From Xanthomonas campestris pv. campestris str. ATCC 33913 (lineage in GTDB: Bacteria > Pseudomonadota > Gammaproteobacteria > Xanthomonadales > Xanthomonadaceae): a stretch of 32,000 nt of DNA. The notes beneath the pieces are model-generated. The model saw nothing but the letters and a program-made list of their open reading frames with translations, was not told the origin of the DNA and did no database searches. Below are positions 18,653 through 30,921 of the stretch, in pieces. The DNA lies in the NCBI RefSeq assembly GCF_000007145.1, contig NC_003902.1:1057436-1089435 (forward strand), written 5' to 3'. A program made the translations under genes and the position numbers. Each line of letters begins with the position of its first letter. The stretch's first letter is position 1.

Positions 18653-20482
18653 TCAGCCCGAACGGCCGGCGCGCTTACGGTCGCTTTCGGTCAGGAACTT
18701 CTTGCGCAGGCGGATTTCCTTCGGGGTGACTTCCACCAGCTCGTCGTCCTCGATGAAGTCCAGGGCCTGTTCCAGCGTGTACTTGATCGCCGGGGTCAGC
18801 TTGATCGCGTCGTCCTTGCCCGAAGCGCGCATGTTGGTCAGCGGCTTGGTCTTGATCGCGTTGACGGTCAGATCGTTGTCCTTGGAGTGGATACCGATCA
18901 GCTGGCCTTCGTACACGTTGTCGCCTTCAGCGGCGAACAGACGGCCACGCTCTTCCAACGGCCCCAGCGCATAGGCCGGCGTTGCGCCCGGTGCGTTGGC
19001 AATCATCACGCCGTTCTGGCGCTTGGCGATGGCGCCCTGTTCCTTCGGGCCGTAATGGTCGAACACGTGGAACAGCAGGCCCGAGCCCTGGGTCAGGGTG
19101 CGGAACTCGTTCTGGAAGCCGATCAGGCCACGCGCCGGGATCATGTAATCCAGACGCACGCGACCCTTGCCGTCCGGCTCCATGTTCTTCAGCTGGCCCT
19201 TGCGGGTGCCCAGCTTTTCCATCACGCCGCCCTGGTGCTGTTCTTCGATGTCCACCACTAGCTGTTCGATCGGCTCCATCTGCTTGCCGTCGATTTCCTT
19301 GATGATCACTTCCGGACGCGACACGGCCAGCTCGTAGCCTTCACGACGCATGTTTTCGATCAGCACCGACAGATGCAGTTCGCCACGGCCGGAGACCAGG
19401 AATTTGTCGGCGTCGGAGCCTTCTTCAACCTTCAGTGCAACGTTGTGCACCTTTTCGCGGTCCAGACGGTCGCGCAGCTGGCGGCTGGTCAGGAACTTGC
19501 CACCGGACAGGTCCTTGTTGCCGGCGAACGGCGAGTTGTTGACCTGGAAGGTCATCGAGATGGTCGGCTCGTCCACGGTCAGCGGCGGCAGGCCTTCCGG
19601 CGCGTCGAGCGCACAGACGGTGTCGGAAATGGTCAGCTCGGCCACACCGGAGATGGCGACGATATCGCCGGCCTCGGCGGTGTCCTGCTCGATGCGCTCA
19701 AGGCCCAGGAAGCCCAGCACCTGCAGCACCTTGCCCTGACGCTTCTTGCCTTCACGGTCGATCACGCTGACCGGCATGTTTTTCTTCAGCACGCCGCGCT
19801 GGATGCGGCCGATGCCGATCACGCCGACGAAGTTGTTGTAGTCCAGCTGGCTGATGCGCATTTGGAACGGGCCGTCCGGATCGACGTCCGGTGCCGAGAC
19901 GTGCTGCATGATCGCTTCGTACAGCGGGGTCATGTCGCCGTCGCGCACGTTGGAATCCAGGCTGGCGTAGCCGTTCAGTGCCGAGGTGTAGACGATCGGG
20001 AAGTCCAGCTGCTCGTCGGTTGCGCCGAGCTTGTCGAACAGGTCGAACACCTGGTCGATCACCCAGTCCGGACGTGCGCCGGGACGGTCGATCTTGTTGA
20101 CCACCACGATCGGCTTGAAGCCCATCGCGAACGCCTTCTGGGTCACGAAGCGCGTCTGCGGCATCGGGCCGTCCATCGCGTCGACCAGGATCAGCACCGA
20201 GTCCACCATCGACAGCACGCGCTCGACTTCGCCACCGAAGTCGGCGTGTCCCGGGGTGTCGACGATGTTGATGCGGTTGCCGTTCCAGGTGATGGCCGTG
20301 TTCTTGGCCAGGATCGTGATGCCACGTTCCTTTTCCTGATCGTTGCTGTCCATCACGCGCTCAGCCAACACAGTGCGTTCGGACAGGGTGCCGGACTGCT
20401 TCAGCAGGCAGTCGACGAGAGTGGTCTTGCCATGGTCGACGTGCGCGACGATGGCGATGTTGCGGAGTTTTTCGATAGACAT
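18653..20482 (-). CDS. typA: Translational GTPase TypA/BipA
   Basis: 609-aa [27 protein letters not shown]..., with EF-G-like domains throughout. Confidence 0.97.
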   Translation of the reverse strand: MSIEKLRNIAIVAHVDHGKTTLVDCLLKQSGTLSERTVLAERVMDSNDQEKERGITILAKNTAITWNGNRINIVDTPGHADFGGEVERVLSMVDSVLILVDAMDGPMPQTRFVTQKAFAMGFKPIVVVNKIDRPGARPDWVIDQVFDLFDKLGATDEQLDFPIVYTSALNGYASLDSNVRDGDMTPLYEAIMQHVSAPDVDPDGPFQMRISQLDYNNFVGVIGIGRIQRGVLKKNMPVSVIDREGKKRQGKVLQVLGFLGLERIEQDTAEAGDIVAISGVAELTISDTVCALDAPEGLPPLTVDEPTISMTFQVNNSPFAGNKDLSGGKFLTSRQLRDRLDREKVHNVALKVEEGSDADKFLVSGRGELHLSVLIENMRREGYELAVSRPEVIIKEIDGKQMEPIEQLVVDIEEQHQGGVMEKLGTRKGQLKNMEPDGKGRVRLDYMIPARGLIGFQNEFRTLTQGSGLLFHVFDHYGPKEQGAIAKRQNGVMIANAPGATPAYALGPLEERGRLFAAEGDNVYEGQLIGIHSKDNDLTVNAIKTKPLTNMRASGKDDAIKLTPAIKYTLEQALDFIEDDELVEVTPKEIRLRKKFLTESDRKRAGRSG

Positions 20483-20532
20483 GCGGAAAGGGCCCCTGTC
20501 TGGCGCCAGTCTTGAGATGAGGTAAGCCCGAC

Positions 20533-20538
20533 ATTATA
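20533..20538 (-). promoter_or_regulatory. Possible -10 box upstream of typA
   Basis: Perfect TATAAT on the minus strand, 50 nt upstream of the typA ATG. I found no convincing -35. Confidence 0.3.
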
Positions 20539-20726
20539 GCGGTTTCGTTGCCGTGCCGTTGCGGTTTGGCGCAAGTCGATTCAGACCACCCATTCAGGCA
20601 GCGTGATGGCGGCTCGATTGCCGACCCGGCGACGGCCTTGGACCATGGTCGTAACCGCGCGGTCGTCCACGCGCCCGGGTGTATCCTAATGGGCTATTGA
20701 TCACCTCAGAACCTGCAAGGATTTCC

Positions 20727-21221
20727 ATGTCCCTGATCGCCACTTTCGACACGTCCCGCGGCCCGATCGTTGTTGAGCTGTATCCGGAGAAGGCACCGCT
20801 GACCGTGGCCAACTTCGTCAATCTGGCCAGGCGCGGCTTCTACAATGGCCTGAGCTTCCACCGCGTCATCGCCGACTTCATGATCCAGGGTGGTTGCCCG
20901 GAAGGTTCCGGCCGCGGCGGCCCGGGCTATCGTTTCGAAGACGAGGCCAACAATGGCGTCGGTCACGAGCGCGGCGTGCTGTCCATGGCCAATGCCGGCC
21001 CGAACACCAATGGCAGCCAGTTCTTCATCACCCACACCGCCACCCCGTGGCTGGACGGCAAGCACACCGTGTTCGGCAAGGTCACCCAGGGCCTGGACGT
21101 GGTGGATAGCGTTGCCCAGGGCGACACCATCAACACGCTCACCATCGAAGGCGACACCGACGCCGTGCTGGCCGCCAAGGCCGACCGCGTTGCGGAGTGG
21201 AACAAGATCCTCGCCGCCTGA
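20727..21221 (+). CDS. Peptidyl-prolyl cis-trans isomerase, cyclophilin type
   Basis: Start moved to ATG 20727 (SD AAGGA at 20716-20720). 164 aa with [13 protein letters not shown] and NGSQFFI motifs. Confidence 0.95.
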   Translation: MSLIATFDTSRGPIVVELYPEKAPLTVANFVNLARRGFYNGLSFHRVIADFMIQGGCPEGSGRGGPGYRFEDEANNGVGHERGVLSMANAGPNTNGSQFFITHTATPWLDGKHTVFGKVTQGLDVVDSVAQGDTINTLTIEGDTDAVLAAKADRVAEWNKILAA

Positions 21222-21232
21222 TCTCACCCCGC

Positions 21233-21259
21233 CGAACGGCCGCCACGTGCGGCCGTTCG
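21233..21259 (+). terminator. Hairpin after the cyclophilin gene (weak terminator candidate)
   Basis: CGAACGGCCGC-CACGT-GCGGCCGTTCG: 11-bp stem, followed only by CTTGTC (poor U tract). Confidence 0.35.
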
Positions 21260-21321
21260 CTTGTCAAAGCGCCGCCAGGCCCCGTGCAACGCCAGCGCGC
21301 AACCCCACCAACGCTTTTTAG

Positions 21322-22323
<1,002 letters not shown>

Positions 22324-22344
22324 GTGATTGCTGCAATGAGATAG

Positions 22345-22378
22345 AAAAACGCCGGGCATTGCCCGGCGTTTTTTTTGT
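22345..22378 (+). terminator. Intrinsic terminator after mdh (potentially bidirectional)
   Basis: AAAAA-CGCCGGGC-ATT-GCCCGGCG-TTTTTTTT. An A-run upstream and a T-run downstream of an 8-bp GC stem. Confidence 0.85.
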
Positions 22379-22449
22379 CCCTCATTTAGTTCACGGCGTT
22401 CTGCGTGCTGCCTTGGGTGCACGATCACGTGCAGTTGCTGCACGCGTGA

Positions 22450-23064
22450 TCAGTTCAAGCCTTCGGCTTGCAGTGCGGCTTGTACGTCTGCATCTGCCAA
22501 CATGCGCTGGAAGAACGCATCGAGCGCGCTCAGGCCGGACAGGTCCACGCCGGCCTTGTGCGCCCAGCGCAAGGTGACGAACAGGTAGGCATCGGCGCCG
22601 GTATGCGTGTCGCCGGCTAACCAATTGCGGCCCTGCAGATGCGCATCCACACGCGTGTAGAGCGTGCGCAGTTTGGTGCGCGCATCCTCGTGGCTGCGCT
22701 GGATCAGCGCGTCTTCCTGCAGATACGCCGTGCTGCCGAAGAGCGGCTTGAAGGTCGGATGCAGATCGGCGTTGACGAAGGCGATCCAGCGATTGATCTC
22801 GGCGCGGCTACGCGCGGTGCCGTCGCCACCCAGGCCGGTCAGCGGTGCGGTGTCGGCGATATAGTTGAGGATCGCCGCATTCTGGGTCAGTGCCCATTGG
22901 TCGACCACCAGCAGCGGCACCGCGCCGGCCGGATTCAGGCGTAGATAGTCAGGCGACTTCATCGTGGCCGCGTCGACCACAGTGAGCTCGAACGGCAGGC
23001 AGGACCAGCGCAATACGATGTGATCTGCGAGCGAGCAGGCGCCCGGTTTTGTATACAGCTTCAT
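22450..23064 (-). CDS. gstA: Glutathione S-transferase (GstA-like)
   Basis: Start moved to ATG 23064 (MKLYTKPGACSLADHIVLRW, close to the E. coli GstA N-terminus). 204 aa. Confidence 0.88.
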   Translation of the reverse strand: MKLYTKPGACSLADHIVLRWSCLPFELTVVDAATMKSPDYLRLNPAGAVPLLVVDQWALTQNAAILNYIADTAPLTGLGGDGTARSRAEINRWIAFVNADLHPTFKPLFGSTAYLQEDALIQRSHEDARTKLRTLYTRVDAHLQGRNWLAGDTHTGADAYLFVTLRWAHKAGVDLSGLSALDAFFQRMLADADVQAALQAEGLN

Positions 23065-23125
23065 GGAGAGTCCACACAGGAGCGAAGACGCAAGCTTAGC
23101 GGCATCGCGTGCTGCGTGGCGCGCG

Positions 23126-23587
23126 TCAGGACGCGGTGCGTGGCCGCAGTTTCTGCACGCGGTAGAACGTATGGTCACCGATGGTGGCCACCTGATACGC
23201 ATTGCGCCAACTCGGGGTAGCAATGGCGCTGGCAGCGAAGTGACTTGCGCCTGGCACGATTTCTTTGCGCTGGCCTACCGGTAGCGCCCAATTGCGTTCC
23301 GCAGCCAGCGCCACGTCCAACGCCTTGTTCCAGGCATCGTCGTTCTTCAGCTGGGTGCCGGGTGACACGATGGTCGGCGCGAATTGCTTGCGCGCGGTCA
23401 CCACCTGACACATCGAATCGCCCCACAGACCACTGTCCAGGCGACGCAGTGCAACTTCCGCAACCGCCTGCTGACCACGCAAGGTCTGATCACGCGCTTC
23501 CAGGTACACGGTGGTACTCAAACACAACGAATCTGCTGCAGGCTGCGGCAATAATTGCGACAGCCAAAGTATCCAGGCCAGTTTCAT
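23126..23587 (-). CDS. Cell wall hydrolase, SleB/Hydrolase_2 family, secreted
   Basis: Start moved to ATG 23587, preceded by AAGGAG. 153 aa with signal-like MKLAWILWLSQLL and the motifs MCQVVTARKQFAP and GASHFAA...PSW. Confidence 0.8.
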   Translation of the reverse strand: MKLAWILWLSQLLPQPAADSLCLSTTVYLEARDQTLRGQQAVAEVALRRLDSGLWGDSMCQVVTARKQFAPTIVSPGTQLKNDDAWNKALDVALAAERNWALPVGQRKEIVPGASHFAASAIATPSWRNAYQVATIGDHTFYRVQKLRPRTAS

Positions 23588-25286
23588 AGAACTCCTTGCT
23601 CCGTATGGGCCCATCCACAGGGTGTCCAATGCGAACACACCAGTGCGGGAGGCTTGGCGTCATGGGGAGGCGACCTGTCACGGGCCGCCCGGTCTCCGGC
23701 GAAAGGAAGAATCTGCCGAAGGTGCCCGCCGAATCAGGCGGGTCAAAAAGTTGGCGCAAGGTAGGCGCCGATCACACAATCTTGGCTGAATGGGCGGGGT
23801 TGACGGCGGTCATTGCTTGCTGGATCAGCGATGTGGCGATGACCGTCTCTGCACCGCAGCGCGCAGTGCGCGTCGCATTGCTGTAGCGACGCGGTGCTGA
23901 TGCAAATAATTTGTTGGCGTTGCACAGATGTCTTCGCGAAATCACACCGATGACGTGCGGGAATTCACGTTGGCTGCACATGTGGTTTGCTGTGAAGCTT
24001 ACGAGCTATGTAGTGACGTGATTTGCTGAGGTTATGCGGTAAGGCAACTGTGGTGCGGGGTGTGCGCTGTTGCGCTGCTGCCAGCAGGTGCAGCCAATGT
24101 CTCTGTTGATGTCGTCTGTAGCTTGCCTGTTCTCTGCAGAACGTTGTGCATTGAGATGTCTGCAACCGCGCGCAGCGATTTGCCACCTTTCAGTGGCCAG
24201 TACGTTATGCGGCGACGACTGCAGCAGGACGTCATCTCTTGGCTAGTCGGGCATGTGTGTTGCGTGTGCTCCGATCATGTTCTCGTTATGCGGCGCGGTG
24301 CGGGTTGTTTGGTAGCGAGCAATTGATTGACTCATATCGACGGTCTGGCGTGGCGATGTTGAAGCTGCATGTTGTCGCTTCGGCCTTGTTCTTCCGTTCG
24401 AAGTGATGAGCGTCGTAGGTGCGTGCTTCACGCGCAGACCGAATGTTGCCGATCACGCGATCGCAGATTTCGTCAGTGTTGTTGGGTTGTCGTACGAAGT
24501 CGCCTAGCAACTTCCCATGGTGAGCGGGGTTGCTGTGTCCAGATGATGATTTATGCTCTGGAATGTCTGGCGCGTGCAGCGCTTGCGGCGTGTTCAATCG
24601 AAGCTTGATCGAAGTGCGGCGACAAACGACGTCCTTTCTGCATGCTGGTGCTTGCAAGTCGACATCGTTTTATCTGGTCCCAGGTGAACCAGATTGCTGG
24701 CTCTGAATTCACGCGATGGGCACTGCGTTGAATGTCGACAACGGTTCTTGCTCATTGGCAACCAAGCAATGAGATGCCATGACACAGGTGAGAAGAAGCC
24801 GCACGCGGATCATTGCTCGAGGTGAGTCGTCTGTCCAAACCGTCAGCGTGTACATCGCAATCTGGTTCGGCAGGTTGCTCGCATTGCTCAGGCGAACTGC
24901 CCGCTTTGTAGTGTGCTCAAAAATGCAGCAGCCAAAGAGGCAGTGGTTCGCATCAACACCGTGTCGCTCGACGCAAAGAAGCCAGCTTCAAGTAGATGTA
25001 AGTCCGCTGCGCTGGGCGAAAGGTGCGGTCGCTGCACTCGTTGCGGTTGGCGAGAACGAAATCGAAGTAAAGAGTTTTCCTCGTCTTTGGGCAGTTGCGG
25101 CGATGGAGAACTCGGCATGTCGCCTACGCTGCACGGCGCAGCGATGAGAGAGCATGTGTTGCGTGCCATGCAATCACTCCGCAGATCCAGCGTGCATGTT
25201 TCGTTGATCGCTGCTGCAATGGATGCCGCTTGCTAAGGCCAAGCGAGCTATCTGACCAATCAGGCGCATGGCAGTAAACTGAGTAG
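23588..25286. other. ORF-less, compositionally atypical island (lower GC, G+T-rich + strand)
   Basis: No ORF longer than 123 codons in any frame, and no recognisable translation. Hand counts of 60-nt lines give 50-53% GC in five lines and 60% in a sixth, versus 68% and 78% in two flanking-gene lines. Confidence 0.6.
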
Positions 25287-26648
25287 CTAGCTACGAATTC
25301 GTATGCAATGCCTGCCACAGGGTAGTGCGATCAGCGACCAACCACGTCGCGGCGCGAGCCCCGATTTTGCAAGCGGTCTTCGGTTGAGTCGATTGCGTAG
25401 CCCGTTGGCATACGCCAGCAGCAGACAGCCGGTTCCGCACACCATCGGGCCCGCTGCCATGGCCCAGGCCAGGTCGACGTGACCACGCCCGTGGCCGTCC
25501 CCGAGATTGAGCATCAGCCCGATCAAGATGCTGCCCATTGCCAATGCCACCTGCGCGCAGGCGGTGAGTCGCGCGACGCCGGCGGCATGCTGTGCCGGCT
25601 GCTGGCACGACAGTTCGGCATGGCGCGCCCAGACCCATTGCCCGGCGCTGCCGCCTGCCATCCCCATGCCGAAGGCCATGGCGGTGTCCAGCCACAGCGC
25701 ATGACCTGCACCCGCCGCAAAGCTCGTCCCCAAAGCCGCCAGCACCGCGCCGCTGCCTGCAAGACGCGGCAGTGCGTTAGTGCGCCAGCGTGCGGCCAGT
25801 GGCTGCACAGCAACTGTTCCCAGTGCGTAGCCCATCAGAATGGCGCTGCACCAGCCTGGCGCACCGATGCGCGATTGCGCGAGATAGGGCGCCAACTTGG
25901 TGAAGGTGGGCAGGGCACAGCACAGCAGCGCCATCACTGCAAACGTCGACAGCTGATCGGCCTGCCGAGCTGTCACCGGCACTGTGCGTGGTGCTGGGGC
26001 AAGCGCCTGGGTGTAAGGACGCAATGCCTGACGCAGCCACGCAGCCGACAACAGCGCGATGCTGCTGACCACCGCAACCACCATCAACGCGGTCCAGGGT
26101 GCTGACGGCTGGTGGCTCTGCAGCACCAGCCCGATCGCCGCACTGATCGACACTGCTGCCAGGCCGCTGCCGATCAGCCGTAGTGCGCTGACGCCGCGCG
26201 CGCCGCGCCAGGGCCAACGCCCAAGCCCCAACAAGGCATTCTGTGCGACGTCGCCCACCGCGTAGGCAGCACGGAAGGGCAGGCTGAGCAGCAGCACGCA
26301 GCCCAGGCGCGTGCTGGCCGGCAGCAGCGGCACCAGGAACAGCAACAACAAGCTCAGTGCCGCCAGCGCGATGCCGCGCCATTGCGATCGCCCCGCCCAC
26401 GCCAGGCTGGTGCCCGCGCCCCAACGTCGCGCGGCGAGCAGGCCCATTGCCGCGCTGAGGAGCAGGCCAGCTGCCACCGCGCAGCCGGCTGCGATTGCAT
26501 CCAGGCCGGCATGCTCAGTGAGCGCGAAGATCAGCAGGAGCTCGCCGGTGTACCAGAGCAGGCTCTTGCCGAAGTGCGCACCGGCATAGGCGCGCAGTGT
26601 TGCCGCCGGTAGAGCCGGCAGCAAGGGCAGGGGACGGTGCGCGTGCAT
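25287..26648 (-). CDS. MFS/GPH-type transporter
   Basis: 453-aa highly hydrophobic ORF with about 12 predicted helices. The N-terminal FGKSLLWYTGELLLIFALTE resembles the GPH/MFS motif. The basic C-terminal tail is encoded by the lower-GC border region. Confidence 0.75.
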   Translation of the reverse strand: MHAHRPLPLLPALPAATLRAYAGAHFGKSLLWYTGELLLIFALTEHAGLDAIAAGCAVAAGLLLSAAMGLLAARRWGAGTSLAWAGRSQWRGIALAALSLLLLFLVPLLPASTRLGCVLLLSLPFRAAYAVGDVAQNALLGLGRWPWRGARGVSALRLIGSGLAAVSISAAIGLVLQSHQPSAPWTALMVVAVVSSIALLSAAWLRQALRPYTQALAPAPRTVPVTARQADQLSTFAVMALLCCALPTFTKLAPYLAQSRIGAPGWCSAILMGYALGTVAVQPLAARWRTNALPRLAGSGAVLAALGTSFAAGAGHALWLDTAMAFGMGMAGGSAGQWVWARHAELSCQQPAQHAAGVARLTACAQVALAMGSILIGLMLNLGDGHGRGHVDLAWAMAAGPMVCGTGCLLLAYANGLRNRLNRRPLAKSGLAPRRGWSLIALPCGRHCIRIRS

Positions 26649-26791
26649 GCCGGCGTTATAGCGCAGCGAAGCGTCAGGAAGAAGAACTGCGCGACTTGCC
26701 GCGCCAGTGTCCTAGCGGCAGCCGATGAATGCCCGCTCGCCCGCCCGCGTCGAGGCACGACGCGGCAGCGCGAAGTACTGGGCGTGCAGCG

Positions 26792-29275
<2,484 letters not shown>

Positions 29276-29380
29276 ACGCCTTTACTCGGGGCTGCCACAG
29301 ATCGAAACAAGCCAGCGCATGACCGGCAAAAATTAGGTCGCGATACCGGTTCTTTTGTCGGGCGGGAGGGCACGCTCATG

Positions 29381-29423
29381 CCGCAACCCGCAACCCGCAA
29401 CCCGCAACCCGCAACCCGCAACC
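29381..29423. repeat. Heptanucleotide tandem repeat (CGCAACC) x6
   Basis: Perfect period-7 tract of 43 nt, lying 62 nt beyond the stop codon of the MDR dehydrogenase gene (29485-29487). Confidence 0.95.
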
Positions 29424-29484
29424 ATAAGCGCGTAGCTGAGGCTCATATCGCCGCCGCAGCTCCACCCACCAAGCGCACTAGCCA

Positions 29485-30507
29485 TCACCAACCAGCCACC
29501 ACCAGCTTGCCAATGGTGCTGCCACTTTCCAGGCGGCGGTGCGCCTCGCGCAGGGTCTGCGCACAGATTGGCGAAAGTGTCTCGGTGTGGGTGGTACGCA
29601 GCTCGCCGGCATCGATCAGGCTGGCCGCGCGATTGAGAATGCGATGCTGCTCAACCATGTCATCCGTGGCGTAGCGCGCACGGGTGAACATCAGCTCCCA
29701 GTGGATGCCGATGCACTTGGATTTGTACGGGTCGCCAATCGGCAACGGGCCGCGTGGCTCCACGATCAGCCCCACATGCCCCTGCGGCGCCAGGAGCTCG
29801 CCCAGCTGCGCCCAGTAGCGGTCCGTATCGGCCAGGTTGAGCGCCGCGTCCACCTGGTCCAGGCCGATCGCCTGCAACTGCGGGTGCAGTGGCTGGTGGT
29901 GGTCGATCACATGCTGCGCGCCCATCTGCCGGACCCACTCAACGGTTTCCGGCCGCGACGCGGTGGCGATGACGGTGAAGCCCGCATGCCGCGCCAACTG
30001 GATGGCGATGGATCCCACGCCGCCCGCGCCGCCGATGATCAACAGGTGTTTGCCACGGTTGCGCGCGCCGTCGAACGCGAACGGCATGCGCTGGAACAGC
30101 AACTCCCACGCAGTAAGCGTGGTCAGTGGCATCGCGGCGGCCTGCGCAAAGCTCAGCGACGTCGGCTTGCAGCCGGCGATGCGCGCATCCACCAAGTGAT
30201 ATTCGGCGTTGCTGCCCTGGCGCCCGCTATCTCCTGCGTAATAGACCTCGTCGCCGACCGCAAACGCGGTGACGTCCGGGCCCACGGCTTCAACCACGCC
30301 AGCGGCGTCGAAGCCCAGCACCTTCGGTGCGGCAAGGGTTTGCGCCTTGGGCGCGCGCAGCTTGGTATCGACCGGATTCACCGACACCGCTTCGACACGT
30401 ACCAATAAGTCATACCCGGCCGGTGCGGATGGCGCTGGCAGGTCCATGTCAAGCAGGGACGCGGGGTCGTCGATCGGGAGGTAATGGGTGAGGGCGACGG
30501 CTTTCAT
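29485..30507 (-). CDS. Zinc-binding alcohol dehydrogenase / quinone oxidoreductase family (MDR) protein
   Basis: Start moved to ATG 30507, preceded by AGGAG. 340 aa with MKAVALTHY...VEAVSVNPVDTK and the Rossmann motif LIIGGAGGVGSIAIQLAR. Confidence 0.88.
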   Translation of the reverse strand: MKAVALTHYLPIDDPASLLDMDLPAPSAPAGYDLLVRVEAVSVNPVDTKLRAPKAQTLAAPKVLGFDAAGVVEAVGPDVTAFAVGDEVYYAGDSGRQGSNAEYHLVDARIAGCKPTSLSFAQAAAMPLTTLTAWELLFQRMPFAFDGARNRGKHLLIIGGAGGVGSIAIQLARHAGFTVIATASRPETVEWVRQMGAQHVIDHHQPLHPQLQAIGLDQVDAALNLADTDRYWAQLGELLAPQGHVGLIVEPRGPLPIGDPYKSKCIGIHWELMFTRARYATDDMVEQHRILNRAASLIDAGELRTTHTETLSPICAQTLREAHRRLESGSTIGKLVVAGW

Positions 30508-30921
30508 CGGAGCGCTCCTAGTGGGGAGTTCAGGGTGCGTTGTGTGGGAAGTTCCCCGCAACCACCAACCCCACAATTCAGGTCGGGCGGGCCTTTCCGT
30601 TCACCAACGTGCACTTGGACACGGTCTTCACGCACCTGCCCAAGGCGTTCAACCGACGTATTCAACTGGGTAAATTGGGGTGGCGTTCATCTGCACTGCA
30701 TGTCCGAACTGGGCGCCCGGTCGCACTCCTCATAAAGCTGTATACGTAGGATTAGCAGCGTTTGCGGCGGGCGGCATTTGCTTTCACATGTTATATGACC
30801 GTTAACGCGATCTTCACTAAGCCCGGCTTAATCTGCGCCCCGATGGCTCTGGATGTGACGAGCATCTTTTACCAAGAACAACGCCTCTATCGGTTTATCT
30901 CCCAAAGAAGGAGCTGTATAC

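Noticed and set aside
18158-20515. 367-aa and 380-aa + strand ORFs antisense to the small membrane protein gene and typA
   Set aside because: They are antisense to typA, one of the most conserved genes in the window, and their translations are featureless.
24415-24436. GTAGGTGCGTG-CTT-CACGCGCA in the island resembles the GTAGG-plus-dyad arms of the 29111-29275 element
   Set aside because: Only about 12 of the first 15 positions match, and the dyad sequence differs. This is too weak to claim membership of the same repeat family without a genome-wide profile search.
24060-24608. Cys-rich small ORFs in the island (88 aa with 7 Cys; 79 aa with 9 Cys) that could be read as secreted peptides
   Set aside because: The Cys/Val/Leu/Gly/Trp richness follows directly from the G+T-rich strand composition (TGY, GTN, TTG codons). 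There is no Shine-Dalgarno sequence, no signal peptide and no regular Cys spacing.
23813-25234. Twelve occurrences of TTGCT (often in the context ATTGCTG/C) across the island, possibly iterated binding sites
   Set aside because: The spacing is irregular, and the pentamer is favoured by the G+T-rich composition. I cannot show enrichment beyond composition without a shuffled control.
23588-25286. Island as a type III effector promoter region (PIP box TTCGB-N15-TTCGB), an RsmA/CsrA-sponge sRNA, or a CRISPR array
   Set aside because: I checked each TTCG and CGAA occurrence I spotted reading the island by eye, and no pair has the 20-nt PIP register. GGA motifs (about 10 in 1.7 kb) are not enriched or placed in hairpin loops. 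There are no regularly spaced direct repeats.
29381-29423. Heptamer repeat tract as a CRISPR array or a coding repeat
   Set aside because: The unit is 7 bp with no spacers, and the tract is intergenic. It is a microsatellite, not a CRISPR array or a protein repeat.
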